63,815 bases of DNA, filler included, from Corallochytrium limacisporum Hawaii (GCA_002811645.1; 5 parts of 5 records of this genome joined end to end with filler, not necessarily neighbours in it), one strand, 5' to 3'; positions 1 to 13,000 are shown, counted from the first letter of the whole stretch. A program made the numbers and translations. The notes: a model not told the origin generated them from the sequence alone.

Positions 1-152
1 GTAGTGATGGATGTGGACAAAAAAATTTTTTCTACGACTACGAGATCTTCGATGTCAAGTTAGTGTGAAAAGGATCAATTTTTTCAAGTACGCTTAAGTG
101 TCTATGCAATCGGTGAACGAAATATTTGACAGTGATTCAATGTATAATAGAA

Positions 153-578
153 TTAAATGATAAATTTAGAAATCATAAAATGAGTTACTAAATCACGATT
201 AAGTGTGATCGGGGTTCTCGTTTTCGTGCGATTTGTCTCATACTTAGGAGACAGAGGGTGGTAGTACTTATCACTAACAGGAGATCCATCGTCACCAGTT
301 AAGTCAGGCTGGCAGCACTTGAAATCCATACCGTCACGGTACGCGATTCTGGTGTTGTTTCCAAGGTCTTCATAAATTCCATCAATGGCCCGACCAAGCA
401 GAAGGAGTGCCTTAACAGGAACTTTTGTCGGATCCGGCCCTCTGATTACATCGTCAGTGATTACGGCAAGGCCATATTTGTCCCATGTACATTGGTTACT
501 GATCGGTGCTGCAGCACATTCTGCTACAAGGATCACAAGAATCACTAGGCAGTTTAAATATGTTGGGAGTGTTCTCAT
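153..578 (-). CDS. Small putative secreted protein of unknown function; C-terminus may be read-through into AT-rich DNA
   Basis: ATG followed by a hydrophobic signal-peptide-like stretch (CLVILVILVAECAAA/AP) and a plausible globular region containing a CC pair. The last ~30 codons lie in compositionally different AT-rich sequence. Confidence 0.4.
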   Translation of the reverse strand: MRTLPTYLNCLVILVILVAECAAAPISNQCTWDKYGLAVITDDVIRGPDPTKVPVKALLLLGRAIDGIYEDLGNNTRIAYRDGMDFKCCQPDLTGDDGSPVSDKYYHPLSPKYETNRTKTRTPITLNRDLVTHFMISKFII

Positions 579-3500
579 ATTTCAGAATATCGTTTACTTT
601 GATACCTTTAGTGTCTTTAGTATTCCTCAAGGTAATCATGCTTGCAGAGAGTCTAGATCCTTTAGTACCTGTGTCGCAACTAGTGAGCACATACAGGTTC
701 TGTTGTGTTGAATGGTCACACCTTCCATTCTCCAAGTCCCTTTCCCCTCCCCCCTTCCAGGGACCAGGAAAAACGCCAGTTTACGAGTGGTTTTGCAGGT
801 GGGGGTCCCAAAGGCACTCGGCACCGTCGGGAAGAGCTGGAGGGTCAGTATACTCGAGGGTGGGAGCACAGTAGCCTTGCTCACACTTGCGAGTAAACCA
901 GCCTTCGTCGCCGTGATCATCATAGGGGCCATAAATACTGTATTCACCACTCTCTTGATTCGTACGCTGACAGAATGCAGGACATTCTAAGGAATGACTA
1001 TGCCAGGTCTCAGCGTGCACATTCTAGAGGTGACCGTTCAATCCGAAATGCAAAAAGCGCGAGGGCAGCATCTGAGTGATTCCAATAAAGCCACCGTTAT
1101 ATATCATCTGAGATAGGAAATTAGGCACCATATAGAACAAAACCATGATGAGTATGGAGTATCGGTACTCCACTAGTACTTACTAAGAAAATACCGCCCG
1201 CTATAGAGGAACACGCGGTAAGGAAGGCGGGCGCTTAGGTTCAGGTCCTTTCCCGACCATCACACTCTCCATTTGCGCCGCCTCACTCCACCCCTAGAGC
1301 CGACGGCATTGTAATTAAATTAACTACCCCCGGGGTCCAGGAAACCTGAGAGGGAAAATATTTTGGCACCGATTCACAACAGCTCCTTGCCCCCTTCAAA
1401 CCTAGCACGCGCGAAAGAGGAAAGGGAGATGGGCAGGGCGGGGCTGCCAAGCTGGTCCCCAAGGAATTCTTCGCACTACCACTCTAAATCGTGTGGAACG
1501 AAAGAAGGAAATTAGGAGACTTCGGATTCTTAGGGGGACGCCGATTCCCATAGCGAATGTGCGTCTTAGGGACACAACTATGTGCCCATAACAAAATGAT
1601 GAGGCTGCATTTTACTGGGAATAGAACCAGGACTGCCGCAGCAACAGGGGCGTTTGCCCCAGGGGTTGAGGGCTCCCAGACTGATTGTGTTTCCGGTTCC
1701 GTGACAGTGTGTACGTCTGCTTCAGTGCTTCTGGTTATACCAAACGACTTCTTGTTGCAGATACAAAATTCTGTTCTTAACCCTTTTAAACGTTATGTAG
1801 TTGTGTTTTGCTCTGTTTGACTTATGGATCCGATGGCTCTGGGTGAAACTGAAAATTAACATGATGACGGGACTGCACAATTCTACCTCTATTGTACGGA
1901 GACAAAAAGAAAAACTTCTATTGTCTGGCGGGAGCATGTCCTCAAACTGAGTCATGCGCGCGGGTGAGTTCGGTGCACGAGCACCGCTGTTCCAGTGCTG
2001 TCTTTCTTGTCAATTACGAATCAGTGCCACCTCTGGTCATTGTGGGTGTTCTCGGAGTAAATCGGAGTCATTAGTGTCTGGGAAACTTAATCCTTACCGC
2101 TCTTGCCAAAAAATTCGAAAATTCTTCTTTTCTGATCCGATTGTCAGGGTGATAGTCTGTATAGTACAGGTGTACCAACCAACTGGGTTTTATACCTCCA
2201 TATTCGGCCACCAGTCACTTCCGCTGTCGTCGTGGTAACTCATTGACTCAATCAGTTGGTGTATAAACCATATTCCTAATGTCTATCTAGTATGAGTTAC
2301 CACCCTAGAAGACTAATCGCTCGACCGCGCCATAGCCCGTGTTATGGTTGTGGCCAATAATTGAGTCTTGGCTGCGCAAGGAGTTGCCCCAGAAATGCAA
2401 TTCTTTGAGGTCGCGAATGTAGGAACTAAAGTCTTCTGCTTCTTCAGAGACTACAAAGTACTTACTCTAGTGTATAACACTAGTCAACGTCATACACCAA
2501 ATCGCCATCATGACGTCGTCACGATATGCCATTACCTAAAACTCACCTTGTTCGCGTCCGGCTTTGGTATTGGTAGTGTGATGAGCTCAAGAGCTGGATT
2601 CTGGTTACGACCGCTGTTGGTTCTTGAGTGGTGCTATTACACTAGCCCTGCTTGCTGCACACTCTACAGTAACCATTATGCATGTGTCTCGTGAAGACCA
2701 GTCCGCGGTCCTGCTTGAAAATATTGCTATGTCCTTTGTCCTCGCTGGTTGCTACCGCCATCCGCGTGGTTCATCTGCTTACGTTGCAATGTGAAATTCG
2801 GTGTGTTTGTCTTTGGTGTTTTCCCGGGTGATATCTTCCACGACGACAATCCCGATAGAGAAACGTTTATCACAGATCTTTCCTTTAACTTCCTCTCCAG
2901 TCTCCTCTGGATAGTCGATGCCATCACAGCCTATGTGCGCCTAAAACATATTCTTGATCCCGCAGACACCAGGGTTGTCATTGTTGAGTCTAACAAGGGC
3001 ATCGTGGGTGAGACACGTAAGCCTGGTATATGCCTCCATTCCCGATAGCCCCGATAGAGACAAGATGTCGTTGTTCTCAGCTTCAGCAGACCATGAGCAC
3101 CTCCTCGACTACACCGACTTATGCTGCGAATAAATCACATTTCGGGAGTAGGAGTGTAACATTGATGCGAATCAAATCATAGAGGCTAGTAGTGTTCACA
3201 TCGAGGACCCTAGCATGCTTGTCTACTATGTAGGCTTTCCAAAGTTTGGAACATGTGTACCGTGTTATCCTTTCAGCCCAGGATCTTCGTCATAGCGAGA
3301 TACATGGCGAGATCCATTTTACATTAGTCAAGCCATGATAAAGGACCGAGAGGGTCTTGGAGATCTGTGACAGCCCTATTCCGCAATAGCTCATCGTATG
3401 TCGTACCTTGGTAGCAAAACGTGGGGATTTGTGAAGCATGTCATTGAGGCGTAGAAACCACAGTGCTGCCGGCGAATCCGCTCTCCCGGCCCAATCTACT

Positions 3501-4779
3501 ACAAATGTAGCGGGTATCAACTTCTCTACAGATATGATTACTATGTTTGAAAGGTTCCGTGCCTTGCATATGTTTGTGCAAACCCATGGGACCATGGCTC
3601 AATAAACAACCGCAGTCTGAGGAATGCTTATTGTAGCCTTTGGCACCGAATTAGACCATGGCTTGAACGGCGCTGTTGTAGCAGGAGGCGGGACGAACTA
3701 TGTACGGCTCTACTGTACTCATGTCAACGTTGGTGTGGTTGCAATAGTGGTGAGGAAAGAGCGGATTTGGATGGATTTTCCAATTCCGAAAACACATGGA
3801 AGGTGGTCGCAGTATGAGCATGCACATCCTTGTTAATGGCGCACTCTCCTTACATGTGACCATAATGAGCAGGAGCCAACGACACACAGCCTGGGGGAAG
3901 ATATTGCGGAATGAAGTTACGGAAAATCGTATTCAGACTTGTCCGGAATGGGGAAAGAGAAGAGAAGAGAAGCCATGGCAGGCTAATTGGCTTTGATCTG
4001 AGTCATTGTCAATGAAGCATCACACACTTTGGGATCGTTTGAGAGCTTTGGATAGTCAAGATCATGCTGACGTCATTGTGTTCCGATAGACATGCTCGTA
4101 ATGATGGTGGCTTCCAGTTGGTTTGCCTCACAAGGGCTTTGTCAATCAAACCTTGCGGCTTCAAACCACAGTACACTGTTTGGCTTGTTTTGAATATGAT
4201 AGACAGTGCCATGGACAGAACGGGGAATCCACAGCCTTGGCTTCCCCTCTCACCACGCATATGATACTGCCGATGCTGAAAGGGGAATAGTACCTGGTGG
4301 TGGCGATTTGATAACAAACAGGTCCAGTCACCCCTTTGTGAAGTGCTGCGCAGGCAGCGAGCATCACCTTCAGCGTGGGCCTTTTATTAAATCCATTTCT
4401 TCCTACCCGCTCCCCGCTCTCCGTCCGTGTTTCCGTCTGTATCGGACGTGAACAATTGCACAACCCTTTCTCAGGGGCCGAACCCGCCTTCCCCTTCCAA
4501 CAGACATTGGCGACGAGTGATATGGGGATGCGGATATTATGTGAGAATTATGGTCCACCCTCAGCAGCGAAGCTCAGCAGCGAAGGGTATTTTGACTACA
4601 AGGGTAACGCAATATGCCCTGCACTGAATGCAGTGGCACCCATAATTAGCTGTTTGGACCTTGAAAAGTGTTGTGTGCAAAGTGGCAATCTTATCACTCA
4701 AAACGGTTCGCCCACCAGGATACTGCGTTTTTCGCCAACAGGTCAAGCCCCGATCGCGAATGTAATTCTCGCCTAAACG

Positions 4780-5710
4780 CCAACACACAAGCGCACAACC
4801 CGGCACACTTCGCCGAGGAACTCCGTCCCATTTTCCGCTATCGTATTTTCTACGATGGACAAGGAAGGGGCACAACCGATACTGTAACAGAAAATTCGAC
4901 ACGTCGTCGCAGTGGGGCCGGCGAATGGGAATGAACGTAGATTTTGAACTCTTACAACCGTACCCACCAATGGAATTCAATTGAGATAGGATTATTGGCA
5001 CATGATTTTGAGAGCCCCTGATGGAATGAATTCTGAACAAACATGGGGCCCTGGCGTATGGGGCACTAGCGTACTGATTTCAAGCTTCTTTGAGGTACAC
5101 TCGCTATAGAAGTTGGGTAAGGTGGCTTGCACACCTAAGCTTGATTTCTACGCAGAGGCCAACGTGAAGGCATGATTTGAATGTCTAGCCACCATGTTCA
5201 TTTAGGACATCACACAGACCCCAGGACCGTTGCTGCTAACTTCTTTCGATGTTGTATCTGAAGCCACCGATGAAGAATGTACCACCCTACCATAATTGTA
5301 CACTGTAGTCTACGCAACTGCGCGTCCTTGGCTGCTGTTGGTTGGATTGTGAAACGGCCAGAATGCAGGATAGGACCGGAGTAGATCTCAAATTTCCTAG
5401 CGCCGCCGAACCTCATCAAAATGTTACTGGATTTTGGGTGGCAATGAGCGCCCTTTGAGCCTATGGTGGCCATTGCAGTTGCACCACCCTGCCAATCGAA
5501 GCGTGCTTTTCGCTGTCGTTAGGCACAAATGCGGGCGGCATGGGAGAGTTGAAGTCAGCAACGATGTTTATCTACGGCATTTGACATCGCCCTCGTAGGA
5601 ATGGCTGATGACGGAATTTTGAAGTTTGTTTTGAACATGTACCATGCGCCGGTGGGTTGCAAACGGTTTGAATCTGATCGATGGCCAGGTGGCCGCATGG
5701 AGATTTTATA
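4780..5710 (+). pseudogene. Possible decayed GT61-like glycosyltransferase gene
   Basis: Broken-frame fragments HNPAHFAEELRPIFRY (~4793), VGWIVKRPECRI (~5340) and QQRCLSTAFDIALVGMADDGILKFVLNM (~5555-5640) occur in the order of GT61 motifs (NxxH..P, RxxxRxI, Q...ADV.VGxHGAGL...FM). There are many stops and frameshifts. Confidence 0.25.
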
Positions 5711-7037
5711 ACCCATTGACGATTTTCTTGAGCAACTGGATCAATATGTGCTTTTTCTTTATAGGTTCTCTATAGGGTACCTGGGTCGAAGTATCTCATC
5801 AAGTGGCGCAAGAGACGAATCGGACAACGGGTCCATTTTTGGGTATAGTGGTAGGGAACTCCCAACGGAAGGTGTGATCACTTTGTGATTCCAAAAGTCA
5901 GAATCCAAAAATATTATACATTATGTACTATTTCTTCGTTTTTGATTTTGTGATTGTTTCTTAGTCCGACTGTGAGGATATTGCCTGTTTTGCGGTTGGT
6001 ACTGAACCTTCCTCTTCAAGGCGGTGTTTGAGAAAATGGTAGCTTGAAGCAAGGTGGTAGCGTACAGATGGAGGATTGTGTAATGTGTACGGACTGCTAC
6101 CATCCACATCACGAGAGATACCCAGTCGATGATGGACACGGCCCGAACATCATAATAGAAGAAAAACACACAAGGAATTAATCCATGCGTTGCACAGTGG
6201 ACATTGTACGACGGTTACCATCTGCTCAGTTCGCTCAGTGGGCAACGCAGACTGCGGACCGTTAATATATCTCCCAGCGGATTGTATTTTCCATATAGGG
6301 TACGATTCAGGAAGCCTGGGTGAAGAGGGAACAAGCAAGTGTGACAGTGTGATGAGGTGCGCACACCATGCACTGTTGCTCACTGGATTGCAAAACCAGA
6401 CCGTGCGGCAAGATTTAACGCTCTGCATCTGCTGAACCTCACCATCTTTGCGATGATGGCGTGTGCCAACGCGCGCTGTTATCGCGTTGCGAATTGGGTT
6501 TGACGGAAGGTCTCCACTCCAACGCCCCTGTGAACCACCGGAGAGGTGGGGAAAGAAAGAAGGGCGAGAGGGGGGGAAGGGCCAGAGGAAACCCAGAGGA
6601 ATAAAACAAGGCGGGTTACCCGGCGGATCCTCGAACCGCTAGGAAAGTTGCACCAGCAATAATACATAGGTTCACCATACGGAATGAGCTCTTTTAGAGC
6701 TATCTTCTTGTATATCGATCGAAGATGTTGGAGCGCTGTTCTCTTTCGATGCGAATGAATTCTCCGGACACAAACGTAGGCTAGCAACAATTGAGCCATA
6801 AGGGGAACATTGGGTGTGTTAGTTGGTTCCATCGGCGCACAGTATGAACCCTGTTGTTCAGAGTTAAGATGCGTTGAACAAGCATTGAACAAGTCAGCTT
6901 TGTGTTTCGAGGTATTTAAGGACCCCAAGATCACCCCTGTTCAGAGATAGGTAGGGGAATCCATATCGTACCCAACAGGAAACAAGCCGGGGAACGAAGT
7001 TCTGTATCAGCCTGCAAGAAAAAACTACTAGATCATC

Positions 7038-8252
7038 ATGAAGTACACCATTGCTTTCGCTGCCCTGGCCGGTTTGGCCACCGCTGAGTGCCCCAGTGAC
7101 CTCTTGAATGCCGCCAAGACTATGGAAGGTGGCGAAGTTCTCACCGGAATCAACAGTCTGAACGCCGCCGCCTCTGTCAGCACTCAGGTCTGCACCTCTA
7201 TCGACTCTGCCTGCATCAGTCAGGACGACTACACCCAGCTGGAGCAGAACCTGAAGGCATCTATGAACGCTCGCCGTGACTCCGTTAGCGACTATGATGC
7301 GTTTGTTGCAAACCTGGCCCAGCAGGGTGAAGGCCTGATTGGCCTTCTGAAGGATAACGGTGCACCCCAATCCACCATCGACGCTGCCCAAGACTTCTTT
7401 GACCTTCTCGTTGGCAGCATGGTCAAGTTCCCCGACGCATCTGAGGCTTGCTTCGAGGAGACCAACAACTTCTACGTCGGCACCACCTGCCTGACGACCA
7501 GTGCTAACTGGGACACATACGCCACTGTTGCTGGTGACACCGTGTCTGTCAACTACTCCACTGATAGTTGCGCTGCTCTGCAGGCCAGCTGCACTCCTTT
7601 CTTCAGCGGTGTTACTGAAGGTTTCGCTGGCATGGAAGATGCTCTGAATAACCTCCTCTCTGAGCTCGGTTTGCCTCCAGGCAGTGGGCTGATCGACATT
7701 CCCGCGAACATCGTCAAGCCCTGCGGTGACCAGGACTGCAATGACTATGTCTGCAGTGACTACGTTGGCTACCTGTTCAACTCTTTCGGCTATCTCGATG
7801 ACATCATGAACCTCGACTTTGGTCTGGGTATGCGTCGCCGTCGCTCCACCAACGAGGACATCGCCGAGGAGATCCAGCGCTTTGCACGCAATGCCGCCAA
7901 GCTCTCTGCTGCTGCTCCTGAACTGCTCCTGAAGGCCGGTCTTCAGAAGGTTCGCAGCCGCCGTGATGTTGCCACCAGCTTCACTGAGGGTGGCTTCGAC
8001 GCCACTACAGAGGGTGCGAACTCTAACATCGACACCTCCATGGAAGGTGGCGGTGACGACTCGACTACTACCACTACTACTTCCTCCTCTACCACCACCG
8101 ACTCCTCCACCTCCACCTCCACCTCCACCACCTCCACCACTTCCCCCACCAGCGATGAAGACGAGGGCAACGACGACGGTGGCTCTGCCAGCTCTGCTGT
8201 GCCATCCATGGCTGCCCTTGCTGTCGGCCTGATTGCCATCAACCTGATGTAA
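7038..8252 (+). CDS. GPI-anchored Cys-rich cell-surface protein with two furin/kexin sites and a Ser/Thr stalk; possible folate-receptor/glypican-like fold
   Basis: 404-aa ORF with strong C-ending codon bias. It has a signal peptide (MKYTIAFAALAGLATA), RRRR and RSRR sites, a poly-S/T stalk and a C-terminal GPI-type signal (GGSASSAVPSMAALAVGLIAINLM). Confidence 0.92.
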   Translation: MKYTIAFAALAGLATAECPSDLLNAAKTMEGGEVLTGINSLNAAASVSTQVCTSIDSACISQDDYTQLEQNLKASMNARRDSVSDYDAFVANLAQQGEGLIGLLKDNGAPQSTIDAAQDFFDLLVGSMVKFPDASEACFEETNNFYVGTTCLTTSANWDTYATVAGDTVSVNYSTDSCAALQASCTPFFSGVTEGFAGMEDALNNLLSELGLPPGSGLIDIPANIVKPCGDQDCNDYVCSDYVGYLFNSFGYLDDIMNLDFGLGMRRRRSTNEDIAEEIQRFARNAAKLSAAAPELLLKAGLQKVRSRRDVATSFTEGGFDATTEGANSNIDTSMEGGGDDSTTTTTTSSSTTTDSSTSTSTSTTSTTSPTSDEDEGNDDGGSASSAVPSMAALAVGLIAINLM

Positions 8253-8398
8253 ATAACAAAACCAAGAAAAAGCACAGCAAAATGAAGGCCAGCGAGTCCT
8301 TCTGTTCGACGTTCATCCAAAATCTTGCACACAGCGCGCAAGGTAGAATATCACTACCCAGCACCATATCAACCATTCCGCATGAAAATCTTGTAGAT

Positions 8399-8591
8399 TA
8401 ATCACAGAACTTTTAGTAAACTTTTTATTCCTATGCAACAAACCAAAAAATTAAAATTGTCCTGTTTGCAATATTACTATCGTCATTGAAGCTGTAATCA
8501 CAGAACTAAATGAACTTTACTCCTATCGAAACAAACCAAAAAAACCAACAATGGCCCCAGTTTGCAATTTTACTATCGTCCTTGAAGCTGT
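8399..8591. repeat. Diverged tandem duplication, ~96-bp unit x2, downstream of the GPI gene
   Basis: taatcacagaact...acaaaccaaaaaa...gtttgcaat..tactatcgtc.ttgaagctgt starts at 8399 and again at 8495. Confidence 0.85.
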
Positions 8592-8851
8592 GACTATAGC
8601 ACTGCCGCTATTTTTTTTGAAGGAAAGTTGTTGGGAACTTTGGAGTACCACGGTACCGGTGGTAGTAATTACCAAATCCTTGAGCTAGGAGTTGCGCTGG
8701 AGGGGTGTTGGTAGCAGTTCTTGCCATTAAGTTCGCCGCTAGGTGACGGGTCTGGCGGACAAAAATGCGGCCCCGAACGAACGAGGCTTCTGCTGCAGGT
8801 GGGAGAGGGAGACGGCAAACGGATTGGGCCAGGAGGCTGGGAAACGGAAGA

Positions 8852-9047
8852 AAGATTGGGTAAGGGTGAGGGGGGGGGGCCAAGGGTGAAGGAAGATTAG
8901 GTAAGGGTGAGGGGGGGGCCAAGGGTGAAGGAAGATTGGGTAAGGGTGAGGGGGGGGGCCAAGGGTGAAGGAAGATTGGGTAAGGGTGGAAAGGGGGGTT
9001 ATCAACGGGGGAAGCAAGATTGGGTAAAGGTGGAGAAGGGGAGGGGG
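8852..9047 (+). repeat. G-rich ~40-bp minisatellite with G-quadruplex potential and telomere-variant hexamers
   Basis: Unit AAGATTGGGTAAGGGTGAG(G)nCCAAGGGTGAAGG, present as 3 full and 2 partial copies. Confidence 0.9.
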
Positions 9048-10029
9048 ATAAAATCTTGGAAGGCCGGGAAGAGCGGAGCGGAGATGGCAGCGGGACTGTA
9101 TTCCTGATGGAGACCGATCTTTGGGGGAGGGAGTCACCTCTGAGACAGAGAAAATCAAAAAATGAATATATTTTGAATCATTAAATATATTAGAACCCAA
9201 AGTTTCCAACACACTACCATCTGGGCTGGTTGGAATGTACTTGGGAATCGCGGAACAAGAGCACGGTACCTTTCCCGGGATCAGATGTCACCTGCAGTAC
9301 AATAGACAGACCATGAAATGGGGGCTGTCTTTTCACACATGTTGTGCCCTTGCACGATTCGGTGGCGCCCCATACAACAGTCATTCAGGTTATCTTCGCT
9401 ACACTTGTATTCTTCCTCATTGTCTGTACGGCACTAATGCACGTACACCCACACCCGTCATATGATATAAGTGATGTATTTCGTAAGAGCGGAGATGTTC
9501 AGGGGCTGTCCATCTCGTACAGTGGAAACGGCGCGTGTAGAAAAACCCCCACTTCTGGCTTGCGCGCTGAATTGTCACTTTTTTGACCTCGCTCCTGCAT
9601 AACCAGTTTTTCCTTGTATCCCGTATCAGGCCTCTGTCGCTCGGTGTGACGGACTTGGCTGTGGCCTTGTAATTTCCAGCACTACTGCCGACACAGCGGT
9701 CACAGCGTGCCTTGCATTAAGGTAAGGCTAGCGACATGAAAGTCCTCCACTCCCCATGACGGGCAATACGAAGTATCTAATAGGTGTATTCGGAATTCGA
9801 CTCTACCCTGCTGAAACATGCCAACACGAAACTACTGATGGGTGGATCGGGTGAAGAATAGTGCCGCATATATAACACCAGACAAGCCCAGGGGGGGTAC
9901 CTGTGGTGTTTTTGTTCGGACGAACCACACGGCCCTGATGATGTGTAGTTTTGTCACTGTCACTCTGCCACACCTCAGTGGTACAGTAAGCGACAGTGTG
10001 CGCTGTTGCCGTGTAGCAATGAATTTGTA

Positions 10030-10033
<4 letters not shown>

Positions 10034-10093
<60 letters not shown>
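10034..10093. repeat. (TG)~30 microsatellite
   Basis: Uninterrupted TG run read directly from the sequence. Confidence 0.97.
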
Positions 10094-10096
<3 letters not shown>

Positions 10097-13000
10097 TAAT
10101 GTGTGAGCGTGTGTGTGTTACCGTGAAACGTGTATGTATTTGCTGTCAGGGCTCATTAAACTCGCCCCCCTCCTCCACCACATCGATTGTGAACAGGAGA
10201 TCTGGATTTACATACTCCCCTCTCCCCAACCAGTAGGGGGCCAGTGGGTACCCATTCGCCCCCGCAACCCCCCATTTTTCGCGACTTTTTCATACTGTCC
10301 GGTGGAAGGTTTGGCCTTCCGGCCAGACTGCGGTTCCTTGTCCTCTCCTCTTATTCTCTGGCTCAACAAAACCTGCCCAATAAAGGAAGAAAAAACTCTG
10401 CGCAGGAGATCCCCACAAGACACGGGAAGAATACGGAATTTCCTATTGAACAAGGAACGAAAAGGAACGATTGACGGGTAAGAAAAAGAAAAAGCCAAAA
10501 CAACATTGTCGACGTCAATTTGCGAATCTGTTTCCGATGAGCAGGATATCCTGGATCCCCTTGCTGGCTTTGTTTTTTTTTTTGGTTTTTGGCACACAGA
10601 TCCGACGGACTGTCTCAAATCCTTCCGTCTCGCGAACGGCTGTCAATATCTACAAGGCAAGCGGCCGTCATACGGATGGGACATACATGGATGTTGGCAT
10701 GAATCCTGCTCGACATCACCTTACGCCCTTTCTGGAGTTCGCGCAAATTTTGTCGAATTTCTACAACAACGATGTCCAAGTTCCATTCAGGACGACTGAA
10801 TAGCAGCTCAGCAGCAGCGGCAGTGTTGTAGCTCGTGCTGTTTCAACGGCGCGTTATCCCAATAAAGCAACGTCGCTCCCAATGATACCTGTTGCCACAC
10901 ATGGTCTCCTTGCAATCTGTTCTTTGACAGTTCCATCTGTATCAGTGGATGTCCAACTCTCCCGCTCCAGATGCTGCCCTTTCTCGACATAAACTGATGG
11001 CATCTGCGTTAGGACCAGAGTACAACTGCAAGACGACACCTTTTTCTAATGAATGGTCTGGAAAGCTTCAATGGTGCGTGCTGAGTGTCCGTCCTTTCCC
11101 CCTCTCTACCCTGCCCAGCCTCCCCCTTTTTTTCTTTCCTCTTTTTTTTTCTTTTTGTGGATTTAATGTTTTCTCTTTTTTTGACGCCTCTTGTCTGAAA
11201 AAGTTTTGACCTCATATTTCGGTGTGCCTCACCGGCCCCACCACTGCCGCTCCTTGGTGGCTCCTGTGGGCTTAGTTTTCTCGACGTATTCTAGGAAAAC
11301 AAGAGATGGAAAGGTAAGGGCTGGGTCCCTTGTGACTTCTTGCCACCACAACCCCCACAGTGGTTTTGCAAACAATCGACCGTCATATCCCAACAGTAGG
11401 TGAAGGATATTTTTTCAAAGGCTATTCACTATGTAAAGGAGGTTCGTATTCACAGCACACACCCTGAAAGGGTGCAGCGATCAGCCTATCCACTCGCAAC
11501 TATTGCCTGCTTCTCGTGTTCCAAAAGTGTGAAGTGTGGTATAAAATACGTATCTGCGAACACGCTGACGTACCCGCGATAAACTCAACACTTACCTACA
11601 GGCTGACCGACTCACACGGATACCACTCTCCGTATGTATTGATACTGGAGAACTTAGGGGAATCCATGCCATCCCTACAGGTACGGTTACTCTGACTCTT
11701 TCGCTCATCCATGGAAAGGGTGAGCGGGAAACAGGCTGAACGCGAAACTGTGAGAGTTGGAGTGGCAAGGGGACGCACGCCAACCATCACAAGGGCTTCA
11801 CCAGCTTGTGTGCCATGGAAAAGAATGAGCATGAGGCTATAACATGAATGCATGGTGCCAGTAACAAAGTGTATGAAATTCGCCAACTATTGGAGGTACA
11901 GGCAGCACGGCCAACTGTAGAGGAATGGCGCATACCTATTAATGCTTCTCCACAATATACCCCGACCAAAGGTCCAGCACAAATTCGTTCCACTTAACCC
12001 AACTTTCCTGTGGAAATTCACGCCATCGCGAAGCAGAAATCCCACTCCCTTTCCTGGCTACTTGCTGGCACAGTTTTCTTGCCTAACTGTGGGTCTCCAC
12101 TGAGGACCATGATGAGCCTCCATTTCGCAAAGGATGGCCTCATGCTGCAGCGGCAGCGGTGCCTACGCCATCTCTACCTGAATGAAAACCCGCAAGCTGT
12201 CCGCAACGCAGACACACAAAAAAATTACTACTAACCTTCGAGAAACTAAAAACCAAAAGCGGTTTGATTACAGAGTATCTATACCCTTTCAACGAACGGG
12301 GTTCGTGTGAGACAACTAACCATTTGTACATCCGTGTTTACCCTCTTCCCGTGCGATTCGGAGTTTCCGATGTGCGGGTTCCAGTAATCGACATGGACAA
12401 CAATCATCATCACCCGGAAGATTTCTTCTTATAAAGCACAGGGTATTCATTGTAAATCAGTGTGTATTGCATGTCAATGCGGTGGACGGTATAGGCAATG
12501 GCCACGTTATCTATCTTCCTCTCCTCTTGCCCTGTCCACTTCTCATCATCTTTCTCCTTAGAAGAACGAATTAACACCGAATTACTCCTGCCATATCACT
12601 TATCTGCTGCACGTCCCCCTATCCCACCCCGTGCCATTTATGAATTTTACTGAGAGGGTGCATGGGATTAATACACTGACTGACTCCCTATGGAAATGTA
12701 CGTACGGTTGGATGGACACCCGACACAGTGGATCTCTTCGCAGGTGGTGGTGGTCCGGGTGCTGCCGGTGGATAATAGTAATAGTAGTAAACACAGGTTT
12801 GAGGAGTGGCCAAATAGCGGCGGCCTTCTTTCTGTGTACCCAGACCCTCCAGCTCCGCGAAAATACCTTCAGCCCGCCGCCCCAGGGTCCATATTTTTCC
12901 TACAGCGTGTTGTATGCGTTGGCGGCGTACAACCGGGGGTCCCCCTGCCCTCTGCCCCGGGNNNNNNNNNNNNNNNNNNNNNNNNNNNNNNNNNNNNNNN

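Noticed and set aside
5880-6169. Minus-strand ORF followed by CIIFLDSDFW (DxD-like)
   Set aside because: A single short motif after a stop, with no ATG start. Likely chance.
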